A DNA stretch of 64,000 nucleotides from Gordius albopunctatus (Eukaryota), in contig OZ193909.1 in NCBI GenBank assembly GCA_964276515.1, forward strand, positions 17,360,001 through 17,424,000, written 5' to 3'. A model generated the notes under the pieces. The model did not search any database. It saw only the letters and a list, made by a program, of their open reading frames with translations, and was not told the origin of the DNA. Each line of letters starts with the position of its first letter. Positions within the stretch are counted from its first letter, which is position 1. This document shows, piece by piece, positions 19,931 through 34,168 of the stretch. Position numbers and translations under genes: made by a program.

Positions 19931-21022
19931 TAGTGTTGCGATCTCGCCTCGTCTCGGTCTCGAAAGCTAAATCTCGTCTCGTCTCGTCTCGGATGCAATT
20001 ATTAAAATCTCGATCTCGTCTCGTCTCGACTTTTAAAAATAATTATACCATATATTTTTTTCTGACTCTTATAGATTATTATATAAGATATAAATTGGTC
20101 ATAGTGGAATCAATTTTTTATCTAGAACCCCAAAACACAAGCTAGATGGGTATCTTAAGGCAGGAAGCATTATTGGACGTGTTATATACACTACTTGCCT
20201 CGAAGGTATAAAGTTGTTAAACAATAACTTTCATTTCCTGGCTAAGGCTCAATAAAAGGATAAAATTTAATAATATCATCATATTTTTACATAATGAATT
20301 TATTTAGATCTTATATAATAACGTTAAAATAATGACAAAAATGCGAGAGTAAACCTTTGAAGATATCATTATTAATAACAAGTAATTATCTGAACATTGT
20401 AAATACAATAAAATAGGCATTTTTGTTGGAAGAACATAACAGTTTTGAGATCTTACGTTAATTACACATATATAACTTAAAATATAAAATTTTCTTTAAA
20501 GCCCAATTTACACTTTTCCATTCTATTTGATTCATGCTTGAATACTGTGAAATGTTTTAGCAGCTTGCTGTTTTTTGTGTTGGTTGATAAACTTGTTGCG
20601 CATAAACACATTATAGGTCTAAATAATTTTATATTATATAAGGTATACAAATAAGTAACAAATACCCAAATACCCTAGGGGCTACTAACACTATGTCTAT
20701 TAAGATTATATTAAAATCAAATTTGAAATTTGCGCGAAGCGGATAATTAGGTGCGTAAATAATTACTATCAAAAGTTTCAAAATCATATTAATTTGCATT
20801 AAATACCCTAAATTTAAATCTCATAAAATAAAAATTCTAAATAAGATAAATGAAGACTTAATAGATAAAAATTAAAGTCGAGATCTCGCCGATAAAATCT
20901 CGTCTCGTTTCGAAGTCAAAATCCTCGTCTCGATCTCGACTTAATTTTTCAAAATCTCGTCTCGTCTCGGTTTTTCGAGACGAGACGAGACCGAGATTTT
21001 TCTTGGTTTTTCTGTATCACTA
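19931..21022. mobile_element. Non-autonomous hAT element
   Basis: TSD AAAATAGT on both sides; TAGTG...CACTA termini; subterminal (TCTCG)n repeats. Confidence 0.9.
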
Positions 21023-21769
21023 AAAATAGTTTAGTACAGCGTTTATACTAGTGTAATGTCATAGCCTAAAATCTATTTGTATAAATGAAGGCTTTTATAA
21101 TATTTGGTTGGAATGAGAAATAATTAGAAATTATGAGAGAGAAAAATTAGAAAGATAGTTATATCGTTATACCTTGTAAAACATTGATCAGATGAAGGTG
21201 TTATAGGTGAGGTATGATTATAATAAAAACCAGTATAAAAATAATGACTTAAAAAGTATAAAGTAAAAAAATTGATCTGATAAGTTTAGACCTGCAAGTG
21301 TATTTAAGTTTAAAAAGGGACTTATGGTATATTTATAAGGATAGCCAGCATTGGAATTAGAGGGGGGCAATAATGATTTAGGCAGAAGTAAAATGATAAT
21401 TTTTTGAAATGTTAACCATAATTTTAATAAATTAAAAAAATTGATTTGGATGGGGGGCAGCCATCCCTCCATGCCTCCCTCTGGCTACACCCATGGGTAT
21501 GTTAATATTTTTATTGTAAATATACAGTTTTAACTTTACCTGAGAGATGTTAAGATATGCCCGACCAGTCGGGCCAGGTTCGGGCCTGGCTTCGGACGGC
21601 CGAAAGAAAACTATGCTTAAATTTACCTAAAAATAAGTTTGGATAAGAATAAAACTGGGAGATTGATATGGTTGGTGGGGAAGAAACATATTGGCATTAG
21701 TAGATAGGCTAAAGTGAAGATATATACAGCTATACCTGTTATGGAGTTATAAAATTTAAAAATGCACAT

Positions 21770-23643
21770 GTCCAGTCAAAATCGTGGCTTCTTCAACGTT
21801 GCACATCAAGCGTTTTACAGCAAAACGTAAACCATTGCAAAATTTTGGCTGACTTAAATTGCACATCGCGATACTTGGTACGCCATATTTCGAATGCAGA
21901 ATGTGAGATGGCATCGCTGCCAGATTATTTGAATGGAAAGATTCGATTGCATAATTTGCGTCATTAATAACAACAGCAGTGTCAACCGACTTGTAAGTAA
22001 TTGAATTGCCTTGAATGTTAGACAGAATGAGATTGTTAAGCTCGTGGACGTCATTATTCTTGGTGGTGAGAATAGCCTGTTGGCGGAGCCAAAGTTGATC
22101 ATGATAATGGGCGTTAATATTTGGAAACACTTTATCAACCAAGCAGTTTAGATGGAACAAAATTGCAAATTTTGGTAGGAAAAGATATCCGTCCTGAGCA
22201 TAGATCAACGTGCACGGTTGCCTTCCCAATTTCTAGCAATTAATGGGAGAATATCTAACATGCAGGATGATTTAGAAATACTACACGCAGATTAGTAGTT
22301 AGATTTAATGTTTTGACATAAGGCAACAAAATTAAATATTTTAGGCAAGCATTAATTTCATCCGCAGGGGTGGATCGTAAGAGAACCGCTAAAGTTTGCC
22401 TGAAATCTCCTGCAAGCAATAACCTTGCGTTACCAATAGGTTTGATGGTTCTTTGTAAATCTTGCGATTACCGATTAGAACTTAGAGCGGTTTTTCATAA
22501 GCCATTGTGCATTCATCCCAAACGATAAGTTTGCACTTCTGTAATACTATACCCATTCCATATGTTCTGGAAATGTTGCACATTAGAGTTTCACAGTAAT
22601 AAGCGTTCAAAGACAATTTTTAGTGACAGCCCTTCCGGAACACGCTAGAACTACTGCTATATTAATTTGGGAACGAATAGTTGCCAGAGCAAAGTCAGTA
22701 GGAAAGTTTTACCAGTCCCTTCTCAAGCATCTAAGAAGAAGCTTCTCCTTAACCTTTATTAACAGCAAGCAAAATTTTATTGTAAGGGGGGGGGAGGCGA
22801 AAACTTTTTAAGTTCAATTAAAATGGGGGGGGGGGGCAAAATAAATTTTTTTTGAATTTTTAAGGTTTTTTTTGTCATTTAAGGGGTGAGGGCATAAAGC
22901 CAAGGGCTATCTACCTAGACTATTGCGTTCCGCAGTTGAATGGTTGCCACGCTACCACCATCCTCTATTGATCTTATTTTCTATAAAGGATACGCATCAC
23001 TGCCCGTAATCTAACTAATGTAGAGCCGACGTTCTGATTCCATTTTGCCTCACATATTACATTGATGGAATAATTGGCGGCATTTTAAATATGATTTTCT
23101 TCGTGCTCTCGAAGCATTATTCTTGCATTTCAAGTTTGTCGGTTAACCATTGTCTGCATTTATCAACTTACCGTTAAAGTAATCTTTTTGTACTTTTAAT
23201 ATTAATAACCGAACTTCATAAAAATAGCAAAAAAGCACGAAAGGTGGGAAGGTTTCTACAAGCGCGCCTTATATTTATATAAGAAAATGGTGATGTTTTA
23301 CGGTATCGAGAATATTTATTTGTTACAGCTTTATTTATTGTAAAAAACGGGCGTAGTTGAGTAAAAAATTGAGACACAAATTACAAAGCAATCATGGAAA
23401 AAAGTTTAAGGTAATTAGTAGTACCATAACGATAAATAAGTATAAAAACGTAGTATAAATAATCCGCTAGATGGCGGTATAGACTGCCAAAAAACATGGT
23501 TCCCGCTGTCGCAGGTTGATAAAAAGCATCTATAAATCATCTACAATGCTAAGGCAATAATCTGGCCAAATTTGGTGGCAATCGGTTGAGAACTCTAAAA
23601 GTTATTAGCGTTCAAAAAAAGGGACTTCGATTTTATATATATA
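21770..23643 (-). mobile_element. Degenerate Helitron (subfamily B) with PIF1 pseudogene; 3' end not found
   Basis: Shares the 5' terminal region (AACCGATTGCCACCAAATTTGGCCAG, CCATCTAGCGG) with the other copies; frameshifted PIF1 fragments; closely similar to 49744-51300. Confidence 0.85.
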
Positions 23644-24031
23644 CTAGCTGTGCCTGGCTAAGCGTTGCTTTGGCTCAGTCCTTAAGTGGTTAAATAAGTA
23701 TAACCTATTAATAAGACTTATCTAAAATGGGGTCATATATGAAATAATTTATAATGTGAAAGGTCCGAATGCTAATGCAAATAAATATCCATAATATTCA
23801 TTTAAGAGCGATATAAAATATTTATTAATAATTCATAAGAGTATATAAGCATTAAAATATAAAAAGCTTATAGTTTTTTACTAAGACAATCAATCGCCCC
23901 TGTCATCGCTAAAACTAATTCTTATTCTCTCATGATTTCAATGTCCATCCTTATTTTGCGCAAAATATATTTATAAGTGAGAATTGTAAAGGTGATAAAA
24001 ATCGCATTACTAAGAAAATTTTAAAGTGAGA

Positions 24032-24105
24032 ATGAAAAAAAATTTAACTTACTATGAAAAGTTGAAAATTATAGAAGAAGCCAAACTTACCAGTAAATCA
24101 ACTTA
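24032..24105 (+). pseudogene. Possible pogo-type transposase N-terminal HTH fragment
   Basis: MKKNLTYYEKLKIIEEAK resembles the start of Brinker/CENP-B N-terminal HTH domains; short and terminated by a stop. Confidence 0.4.
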
Positions 24106-24899
24106 GAGACGTACTTGAAAAGCGATATTGAATGTGAGCGGCATAAGTCCACACTCACTAAAAACCCGTATAAGTTTCCACAGAAGCATCCTGATTAATC
24201 TTATAACCAGCTTTAAAAGATTAATAAATATTCTATTATCCATGCCTATATAACAATTACAACCCAATAGAAGTGTCGGCTAAATCGAAAAATGCTTATT
24301 ATGATTATCATAACATAAACTGAATGATGCATACTTAAAAAATTCTGCATAATTCCAATTAAATGGATAGAAGAGATATTGTGTTACACTTAGAATTTTA
24401 TTATCTTAATAGCATTCTTTAACATCTCATCATCACAGCATTTTGATTTGTTTAACAGACAAGCAAATTGAAGCCCTCAAACATTCATCACTAAACCAAT
24501 TATGAACATTCATTTTAAACAAAAAAATCATTCATCATTATATTAGACCAACAAAAAAATACAAAGAGAAAGTGATTGATCAAATCCTCAGTATTGATTT
24601 TACTTCCAAACAACAATCATATTAACTATTATCAGAAGAAACTCCATGTTTACAAACACTTTATAATGTTTCCATATTACAAAATGTAAGCAATGTATAC
24701 CTTACAAGTTTTAATATGACCTTTGTTGAATCCTTTGAGCCTTTTTTTCCTCCAATATCATACAATTAATAACACTTTTCCCAGATACTCTTTTGTATTA
24801 TTAAACTTACAAAATTCTTATAAATCAAACAGCTTTAAAATAATCCCAACTTTAATTTTAATTGTCCAACCTCATCAAGGTTTTTTTTATTCCACATAT

Positions 24900-27851
24900 G
24901 TTAATCTCTAAACCCCTATGCCCAACCTGTAAGCGACGAATATGCCTTGATAAACATAATTGTTTCTGGATTCATGGCCCAGTGTCTTCAAGATGCCCTT
25001 CTTCGGGCAAATTACCTCCACCCTGCTTACCAATTCCACCCCTGGCTTCTAACTTTGAAGAGGCTCCCCTATTGCCAATTCCTAGCCCCGTCATCCCCCC
25101 ATCCTTACAATGCTCCCCATCAATTAATCAACCGCCTGACTCATCTTGGAGCAATTCTTTTTTAACAAACCCATTTCCTAATACTATCTCCAGAATCCCA
25201 AGAGGAGCCAGACCTTCCATCCAACAATCTCTGCTAAATATATTCACTTCCATTATCAAAAACCCTTATAACTTAACCAATTGGGACAAACTTTTTAAAT
25301 TCCCATATTATATCCTTTATGTTAGGGAACCTAATGAACATAATTTATCAAGCCTCATCAAGGAATCCCTTCTGTGTTTTAATACGGATGTTCCCATTAC
25401 ATGCACAAGTAAAACAAAACCCTTTCCACTGGAACCCACAATTAACCAAACAGCCAAGCACATTTCAAATAAAATCCATAATTTCAACCCAAGAAGTGCC
25501 CTTAGAGCTTTTTATGATAACAACTCAATTGCCCCTTGTTGCCCTGACTCTTATAGGGAGCTTAATCAAAAACACCCAGCAGCATCATCAGCCAGTAAAT
25601 ACCCCACATCTCCATCATCAATAGTGCTCGAGTCTTCAGACATCCGTGAAGCCCTTAACTCCTTTCCTTTGGACTCCGCAGCCGGACTTGACGGATGGCG
25701 CCCAGTATATCTACAAGATTTACTCAACCTGAATAATTTAAATACTGAACCTCTTTTAAATTCTATTACTTCCTTTTGTAATATCATTGTTAACGGAAAA
25801 TTTCCTCATGAAATCATCCCTATTTTATTCGGTGCAAAACTTATCGCCATCAAAAAACCGGATAATTCAGTTAGACCCATCGCCATTGGAAGTCTTTTTC
25901 GCCGTATTATATCAAAAACCCTCTGCAAACTCATAAAACCCTCCTTATCCGCCAAGCTTCGCCCTCATCAACTCGGCTTCGGAATTAAAGGCGGATGTGA
26001 GGCAGCCAGCCATGCTGGCCGGATCACACTCCAAAATATTTCCACCGAGTCCTGCTTTGTTAAATAAGATTTTGCCAATGCTTTTAACTGCATTCGAAGA
26101 GAAACCCTTATTAACACTTTTTTAGCTGAATTCCCACAATTCCTAAATTACATTTTATTAAGCTATGGTTCTACAACCAAGCTTCGATTCGGCGAATACG
26201 TCATTGACTCGCCCGAAGGCATCCAACAAGGAGATCCATTAGGCCCTCCTTTGTTTTGTTTAGCCATTCATAATTTAGTCGAGGCTATATCATCTCAGTG
26301 TATCCTGGATTTAAATGTTTGGTATCTCGACAACGCCACCCTATGTGGCCCCCCGGAGGAGATCAGTAAAGCTATACAAATTATCAAAAATTTTGAACCC
26401 ACTCTGAATCTTACATTAAACTCGAAAAAATGTGAAATCTTTCAGGCCCCCAACACTATTGACTTTCCAATTTTTAAACCTTTTTTAGTTTTAGAGAAGG
26501 AAAACATATCCCTTTTGGGATCACCCATTGGCGGTGAAAAATCTCTCTTAAATTTTCTTCATAAGAACCTTGAAATTTTCAAATCTAAAACGGAACTTTT
26601 AAAATGCTTGCCAGCGCATCACTCATTTTACATAATCAAAAACTATTTTAACATCTCAAAGATTAATCATTGTTTTCGCTCATCTGGCGCATTTTTACAC
26701 CCAGACGTTTTAAAGTCGTACGAAGGCTTTTTAAAAACATTATTAGAAAAAATTTTAAATTTAAAATTTAATACTAACAATTGGATTCAAGCATCCCTCC
26801 CAACCAAATCTGGAGAATTAGGAATTCGCCCTCCCGGCAGCATATCGCTAGCCGCTTTTATTTCTTCTTTTAAGTCGGTCCAAAACTTAATTTTTAATCT
26901 CATAAAACATGATTCCGACCCCCTGCTAACTCAAGCCTTGGAGCTTTGGAATTTGAATGTCACACCCGAGACCATCCAGCCTCAAAGTACGAGACAAAAG
27001 GATTGGGATTCTGGACTAGTATCGCGCTCCGTTGATTACCTCTTATCGAGCAGCGATGATAGCCAGCATTACAACCTTAGGTCCCTCGCTTTTGACGGTT
27101 CCGGTCACGAGTGGCTTGAAGCCTATCCCAGCAAACTTTTGGGAATGCTGCTTAAGACTTTGAGCTATCATATTCCATAGCTTTAAGTTTGGGGATTAGT
27201 TACAGCAGAGAATTCAACTGTCAAAACTGCCTTACCGTTGTAGACGAATATGCTAGGCACCCTCTACACTGCCTAGCAAACAAACATAAATACGTTAGGC
27301 ACACTAAAGCTAATTTATTAATTCAAGCTGCCCTTAAAAAGGCCAAAATCCCCTCAATTCTTGAGCCGTCCGATCCCTCCCTTGAAGGTAGGATGCGCCC
27401 TGACGGCTCTTCTCTAGTCCCCTGGCAAAATGGCCTATCCCTCAAATGGGATTTTACTTGTATTGACCTTTTTGCACCTTCCCATTTTAATTACGACCCT
27501 ATCGCTACAGAAGAAGGACGTAAAACTACAAAGTATTCTGCCCTTTTGGCATCCAATATTTTTATCCCTGTCGTTACCACGTGCTCCGGTTCCTTTGGCA
27601 AACAGGCAATGGGGTTTTTTAAAGAAATCGGAAAACGCACCCCGAAATCTAAAATTTCTGCGTCCTTTTTACTCAGGCAACAACTAGGGATTCTTGTTGA
27701 ACGATACAACTTTAAATCCTTCGCCGACTCATGGCCCATTTTAGAAGAGAATGATATAAATCTTTGTATTTAACCAATATGTCTTTATTTTTGTATTTCG
27801 CTTATTAATGTAACTTTGTTTCTTGAAAATAAACTTTTTAACAAAACAAAA
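24900..27851 (+). mobile_element. CRE-like non-LTR retrotransposon (Zn finger, RT, C-terminal restriction-like endonuclease), inactivated
   Basis: CPTC...HGP...RCPSSG; SAAGLDGW; VRPIAIGSLFRR; K*DFANAFN (stop 26065-26067); GIQQGDPLGP; WYLDN where YLDD is expected; CQNC...HPLHC, RH and RPDG RLE motifs after a frameshift; AATAAA and A-rich tail at ~27828-27855. Confidence 0.9.
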
Positions 27852-28251
27852 AAATAAAGAACTGCATGAAGATTTTGGCTGAAAGTATAATGTAAAAAAT
27901 GATGTAAATAGTAAAATAAAACCTGCAAGGGAAAGTTGATGGATAAAGGGTAAATCAATGATAGGTCTTATGAAGAATAAGGTAATACACGTACAGTATT
28001 ATAGCTTCTTGTGAATGTCTCCTCAAATTTGGTTATAATACTCTGGCGTAATAAAAAGGGGAGAAATGCTAAAAGAAATATAAGATCAATGGGCTTTTAT
28101 GGTAATTGCTAAAAGTTATAAGTGGATAAATAGAAATGACACTAACTTTAATTATTCATGCAGAAAAGTAGTGAGGCGTTATAAAGAGGGTTGTAGGTTC
28201 GGGTAAGAGATGCTTCGCAGCTTAACTTCTGCCTTAGAAAGGAACAAATTG

Positions 28252-29460
28252 CTATAATGCTTGGGGATAGACAATATTTTTGGTCATGTTATTTTCTGTG
28301 TATATATAGAGATTTAGTGGATTGCCGACGCGCGAACATGCAACATATAATTGTCCATGTGAGAAGCGATCTGTTTCTAAATCGATTCCACAAAATTCAA
28401 GGGACTGGCCTTGAGCTTTGTTAATGGTTATAGCAAATGCGAGTTTGAAAGGAAATTGCAATCTTTTAAATTCAAAGGGCATATCTGTTGGAATTAAAGG
28501 GATCCGTAGTATGAAAACATCCTCTCCCGTGAAAGGTCCAGTCAAAATCGTGGCCTCAACAACGTTGCACATTAAGCGTTTAATAGCAAGACGTGTGCCA
28601 TTGCAAAGTTTTGGCTGATTAATATTGAGCAACATGATAATCGGTACCCCAATTTTCAAATGCAAAACGTGTGGTGATATGCCTGGAAGATCTAGAGAAT
28701 TTAAAAATTCGATCGGATAATTAACAGCGTCATCAGCAATAACAACAGTGTCAACCGACTTGTAGGTGACAGGACTGCTGTGAATGGTAGACAGAATGAG
28801 ATTGTTAAGTTCGTGGACGTTTTTATTCTTTGGGGCGAGAATTGCCCGTTGACGGAGCCAAATTGGATCTAGATAATGGGTGTTAATATTTGGAAAAACG
28901 TTTTCCAACAAAGCGGTTTTGGAAGGCACAAATTGACATAAGTTTGTAGGAAATGAAATCCGTCCTGAGTTTATATCAACGGGCACGGTTCCGTTTCCAA
29001 TTTCTAGCAATTGATGGGAGAATAACTCACATGGTTGTTTATTTTGTAACACTACACGCATATTAGTAGTTAAATTTAAGGTTTTGACGTAAGGCCACAA
29101 AATAGAATATTTAAAGCAAGCATTGATCTCGTCAGCAGTGGTTAATCGAGGAAGCACTGGTAAAGTTTGCCTAAAATCTCCTGCAAGTAATAAAAATGCG
29201 CCACCAAAAGGTCTGGAATCGCGCCGCAAATCTTGCAAAGAACGATCTAGAGCTTCGAAAGATTTTTTATGGGCCATTGTGCATTCATCCCACACGATAA
29301 GTTTGCACCTTTCTAATACTTTACCCATTCCAGATGCTCGTGAAACGTTGCACATGGGAGTTTCACTATAATGAATGTTTAAAGGCAATTTTACAGCAGA
29401 ATGTGCAGTTTTACCACCAGGCAACAATGTCGCAACTATTCCGGAAGATGCAAGAGCCAC
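28252..29460 (-). pseudogene. Helitron PIF1-like helicase fragment, open 402 aa but lacking the Rep/HUH domain and Walker A
   Basis: ASSGIVATLLPGGKTAHS, VWDECTM, GDFRQTLPV, LCNGTRL, TINKAQGQS, FSHGQLYVACSRV; no upstream GxGKT motif visible. Confidence 0.88.
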
Positions 29461-30494
29461 GGCTATTTCATTTTGGGATATTAAAAAGATATAAATATGA
29501 AATTAGCATTTAAGATAGCATTGCATTGCCATTAAAATTTAATTATATTAAATATATGGATTTTAAATATGATGAACTTACCTTATCCTGTCACAGATCA
29601 CAAACGTGTGAATGTGCAAATGTTACTTTAATTGTATTAAATATATGGATTTCTGTCACAGATCACAAACGTGGGAATGTGCAAATATTACTTCGAACTT
29701 CGTAAATATGGAAAAAAATCACGAAACGTGGGGATGTTTCTAAAAGCGCGCGTTATATTTATTTAAGTATATGGTGATGTATTACGGTATCTAGAATATT
29801 TATTGGTTACAGATTTATATATTGAAAAGAAAACGGGCGTAGTTGAGTAGAAAATTGAGACACAAATGACAAAGCAATCATGGAAAAAAGTTTAAGGCAA
29901 AAAGTAGCACCATAACGATAAATAAGTACAAACAACGCAGTATAAATAATGCGCTAGATGGCGCCAACCAAATTAAAAAACATGGTTCCCGCTGTCGTAG
30001 TGTGATAAAAAGTGTTTACAAACCATCTACAATGCTAAGGCAATAATCTGGCCAAATTTGGTGGCAATCGGTTGAGAACTTCAAAAGTTTTTATTCTTTT
30101 ATTCTTGAGTCAGTTTATTAAATAATCACCACCATTTATCATTAAAATAAAGCTTTGTTTCTAAACCATTGACACCGTTAATTTCTAATACATCTATAAA
30201 TAAATGAATAAACATATTTAATTTTATAAAAATTTAAAATTTAACCTAATTTTTTTCATAATAGATATGTACTTTTTCCAAATAGTGTATTATAATAAGT
30301 TAAAAAGGATACCAAAATTTGCAATATTCTTTAAGGTCGAGTAGGTTGCTAATCTATAAATTTATTTTCTCCAATTATTTATATATAATATTAATTTCAT
30401 GTTCAAATGAAATTTGCAATAAATAGGTAAATACATTGCATTACATAAATTAATATGCATTTAAGGGTAGATTTGGTGTGATTTTATTTAAATT

Positions 30495-31380
30495 GTGCGA
30501 GAAATAAACTCTAAACCTTTTCGGGTTAATATTGGATCACATCAAGGCTCTGCTTTAAGTCCCTTTTTATTTAATATAATTATAGACACGATAACGAGGG
30601 ACTTTCAAAAGCCATCGCCATGGTGTATGCTATATGCCGATGATATAGTACTATGCGAGGAAACAAGGGAGAAGGTATTCGAAGAAGCAGAAAAGTGGTC
30701 AAAGCGCTTAGCTGGATATGGTTTAAAGGTCAACGATCGAAAAACGGTATACATGGAAATGAACGGTACCCATCGCTGGATGACCACCTAAAGTACCCAA
30801 AAGTAGACAGGTTTACTTACCTCGGCTCTATGCTACATCAAGAGGGAGGTCGCGCAACTGAAATCAATGCCCGGATTCAAAAAGGATGGCTTAAATGGCG
30901 AAGTATGCCAATATGGTTGAAGAGCAAAGCTTACAAATCCATCGTAAGACCGGTGTTACTCTATGGAAGTGAAACATGGGCATTAAACACCACGGAAGGA
31001 AAGCTATTACAAGCCACGGAGATGAGAATGATACGGTGGAGCTTGGGGTATACTAAGCTCGACCATATGACGAATGACTTTCTCATGACAAAAATGGGTA
31101 TTCAACCTATGGCGGACATGATTAACGAAAATCGGCTAAGGTAGTATGGGCATATACTAAGAAGGGACCCGGATGACGTAAAACGAAAAGTGCTAGACAT
31201 GAAAATACCGGGGAAGAGAGGAAGAGGACGACCCCGTGTCACGTGGAAAAGGCAAGTCGATAAAGTTATGGAAACTAAAGAGATCAGTCAAGACATGGCA
31301 CTAATCCGGTCAAGATGGAAGGGACTCATCAAAACAAACCCCACCAATGTGGGACCAAATAACTGATAAAGAAGAAGAAG
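30495..31380 (+). mobile_element. 5'-truncated RTE-clade LINE (RT C-terminal part)
   Basis: GSHQGSALSPFLF, PWCMLYADDIVL, FTYLGS, IVRPVLLYGSETW, EMRMIRW; frameshift and stop; (GAA)n tail at ~31371-31380. Confidence 0.9.
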
Positions 31381-31479
31381 ATTTTTAAGCAGTGGCGTAG
31401 CTAGCCTTTTTGCCTTGAGGGGGGGGGGGCTGAGCTGGTCAAGCCATGGGGGGGGGGGGCAAAAAATTTTAACTACATA

Positions 31480-32094
31480 TAGAGCCCTGCAAAAAGAAAT
31501 TTCTTCTGTACGAGCCCGATTTTTCAATTTTTATTTTGCCCGAGCCCGACCCGAAAGACATTTTTGATTTTGTCCCGAGCCCGACCCGATTTTTCAAATA
31601 AAACTTCGAAAAAATTATATTTTCAAATTTTTTTCACCATCTAAATATAAAATGCATTAGATTGTTATTACTCGTAATTTACAACTAGGATAAGTTTGAA
31701 ATAAAAAATCCATTTCCACTCGTTAAAATATATTCAGCTAATAATTTAAAGCTAAACATTTAACTTTATAAAATGTATTTTTTATAGTTCCAATCGAAAA
31801 ACTTTTTGAGATATTTACTTCTCTTATTTCTAAAGTTGTAACTTCTATGAATCTATTTAAATAATAGAATAAGATTTGCATTTCATGTCGGTTATATTAT
31901 AACAGACAAGGGAAAAGAGCTGAAGTTTAAGAGCTATATAATGTACGCTGTGCCAAGATATTGAATTTATTTAAATTCTATTTTATAAAAGATTAATTTG
32001 CTTTAGTTCAATTCGGGCCGGGCTCGGGCCTCAGGTCGGGCCTTATGAAATTTTGAGGCCGGGTCGGGCTTCGTGCGGTCCGTGCAGGGCTCTA
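31480..32094. mobile_element. hAT MITE nested in 31390-34569
   Basis: TSD ACTACATA; TIR TAGAGCCCTGCA; CCCGA subterminal repeats. Confidence 0.9.
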
Positions 32095-33887
32095 ACTACA
32101 TATACCCTTAAAAATCCCCCCCCCCCTTTAATCCAAAACCTGAATACGACCATGGGTCAAACGCAAATTAAGAATTTTTCTCCCATAAACCTTGGACAAA
32201 CTTAAAATCCCGCTACTACTTTGTGTATTTTTTCTAATAACATCACACTGGTATGTCTTAGACCCGTATGTATCTAGGTTATAAAATAATGAAAATTTAT
32301 TCATAAATAAAACTAAGTAATGTAGTTGAAACAACATAAATTTCACTTTGTATAATAAGTTTGTGTATAAATGATTGTAAGGGCACAAGGTGGAACGGGG
32401 ATATTGACAGAAATCGTTGACATTTTAAAAAATAATACAAATAGTAAAAAAACTATATAAAAAAGTTTTTATAAAAATTATTATTGCCACAACCCCAAAA
32501 ATCTTGGCCATATATATAACAAATTTTAATTTTACAGGCAGCATTTATATCAGGAGAACAATGAGAACATTTAAAATCCTTTTTTAAGGTGATGCTCCAA
32601 AGGCGTAATTATAACATAAAATTTAAAAAAATTAATTATGAAATTAAAATTCGCTCAAGAATAAGTATTTAGAAGTTATTGCCCTGATATTATAGATATA
32701 TTTGTATAACCCCCCTCCCCCCCTCTTTACATCACCTAAAAACAAAGGCTAAATGAACCTTAAAAATATTCTGTCACAATTAAATGAATCCAAATTTTAT
32801 TTGATAATTTTAGGTAATTAGAGATGTGAGATACACAGAACAACTTAGCGTCCAAAGACAAATATAATGAATTTTTTTAGGATTTTTATCCCTTGAAAGT
32901 TTTGATGCGTTAACAATTTTATAAAATTCAGGAATTGGTTATTAATATTAATTTATCAAACTTATGATGGGACGAATAAAGGGAAAAAAGGGTGTGCAAA
33001 CAATTTTTTGGAAAACTATTGGCTTTATATGTGCATGTGGTACACAAAAATATGCAAGATATGCTAAAGAATAAGCATGTGAGATGGACAATTAAATTGA
33101 AACCCAGATGGAATTTTCGTAAATTTAATAATATTTTAATTTTGAAAGTGTTAAAAAGTATAAAACATGTTTAAAAGCCAAGATGATTTTTCATTAAATA
33201 TTAAAATTAGTCTTTTAATAGTAATTCAATAAGCCTTTTACCCGATGTTGAAAAGGAATTTATAATATCATCCGGGGAAATAAGATTTATAAAGCAATGT
33301 TCTAAGCTGAATAAAGCTAAGGAAGATAACCTATCTTGTCCAATTATAAAACGATAATAGTTTTGATCCATTTTAGCAATGAGAACGATCCTTCGCATGA
33401 GCATAAAGTTATTGGGATAGTTAAAATTATTTAATCAAAATAATAAAATTTAAAAACATTATTGGGGCAAAATTTTAATAAGTGGAAAAAAATCATTACA
33501 TTTTATTTTATTCGAAGTAAAGAATTATATTACATTATTTTTTTCCATTGTTATTTCTACATCTGGCAGTGTTAATTCATAATGGTAAATTACTTCTGAT
33601 AAAAGAGATTTATCGCAAAAAGAGGATGAAGGGTTTAATCTTCCATGGACCTAGCCAAGGGAGGGGGCTGCCCCCTCTAAATCCAAAAAGTTGTTAAAAT
33701 TTATCAAAATTATGGCCGAAATTTAAAAAAAGGATCATTTTTCCCTTCCCTAAATCATTATAGCCCCCCTCTAATTCAAATGCTGGCTAAGCCCATGAAA
33801 CCCTCTAAGGACCTATATTACAATTAATTTCCGAAAATCTAATGTTTAATTCTGCTACTACTCTATCGATTATCGGATATCATAAAT

Positions 33888-34168
33888 CAGGCGCGTAGCC
33901 AAGGGGGCAAAAAGCGGGACTTTTCTGGCCCCTTGACCAAAATTTGAAATTTTTTTTGAATGTCCATGTCCTTTTTTAAGGTATAAAATCGATAGTAAAT
34001 GCTGTGATTAATGAAGAGAGGAGATTTTTCCAAAGCTGGTTGTATAGCGCCTTGGAGTTTCGCATATGCATTGTAAGCGAAGTTTACTTATTTTACATTA
34101 TAAATAAAAGTGTCGGAAATTTTTTTGAATTTTTCTTCCCCCTTGAGAAAACCTTGGCTACGCGACTG
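33888..34168. mobile_element. hAT MITE nested in 31390-34569
   Basis: TSD TCATAAAT; TIRs CAGGCGCGTAGCCAAGG / CCTTGGCTACGCGACTG. Confidence 0.9.

Larger units (their letters stand above)
23644..30089 (-). mobile_element. Helitron copy 2 (same subfamily as 3819-6612), slightly 5'-truncated, with a ~4-kb composite insertion at ~23873-27851
   Basis: Minus-strand 3' CTAG end and hairpin at 23644-23672; 27852-30089 is the reverse complement of copy 1 apart from small indels. Confidence 0.9.

Noticed and set aside
28252..29460. Cellular PIF1 gene
   Set aside because: Lies within Helitron termini, lacks Walker A, and has degenerate sister copies in the window.
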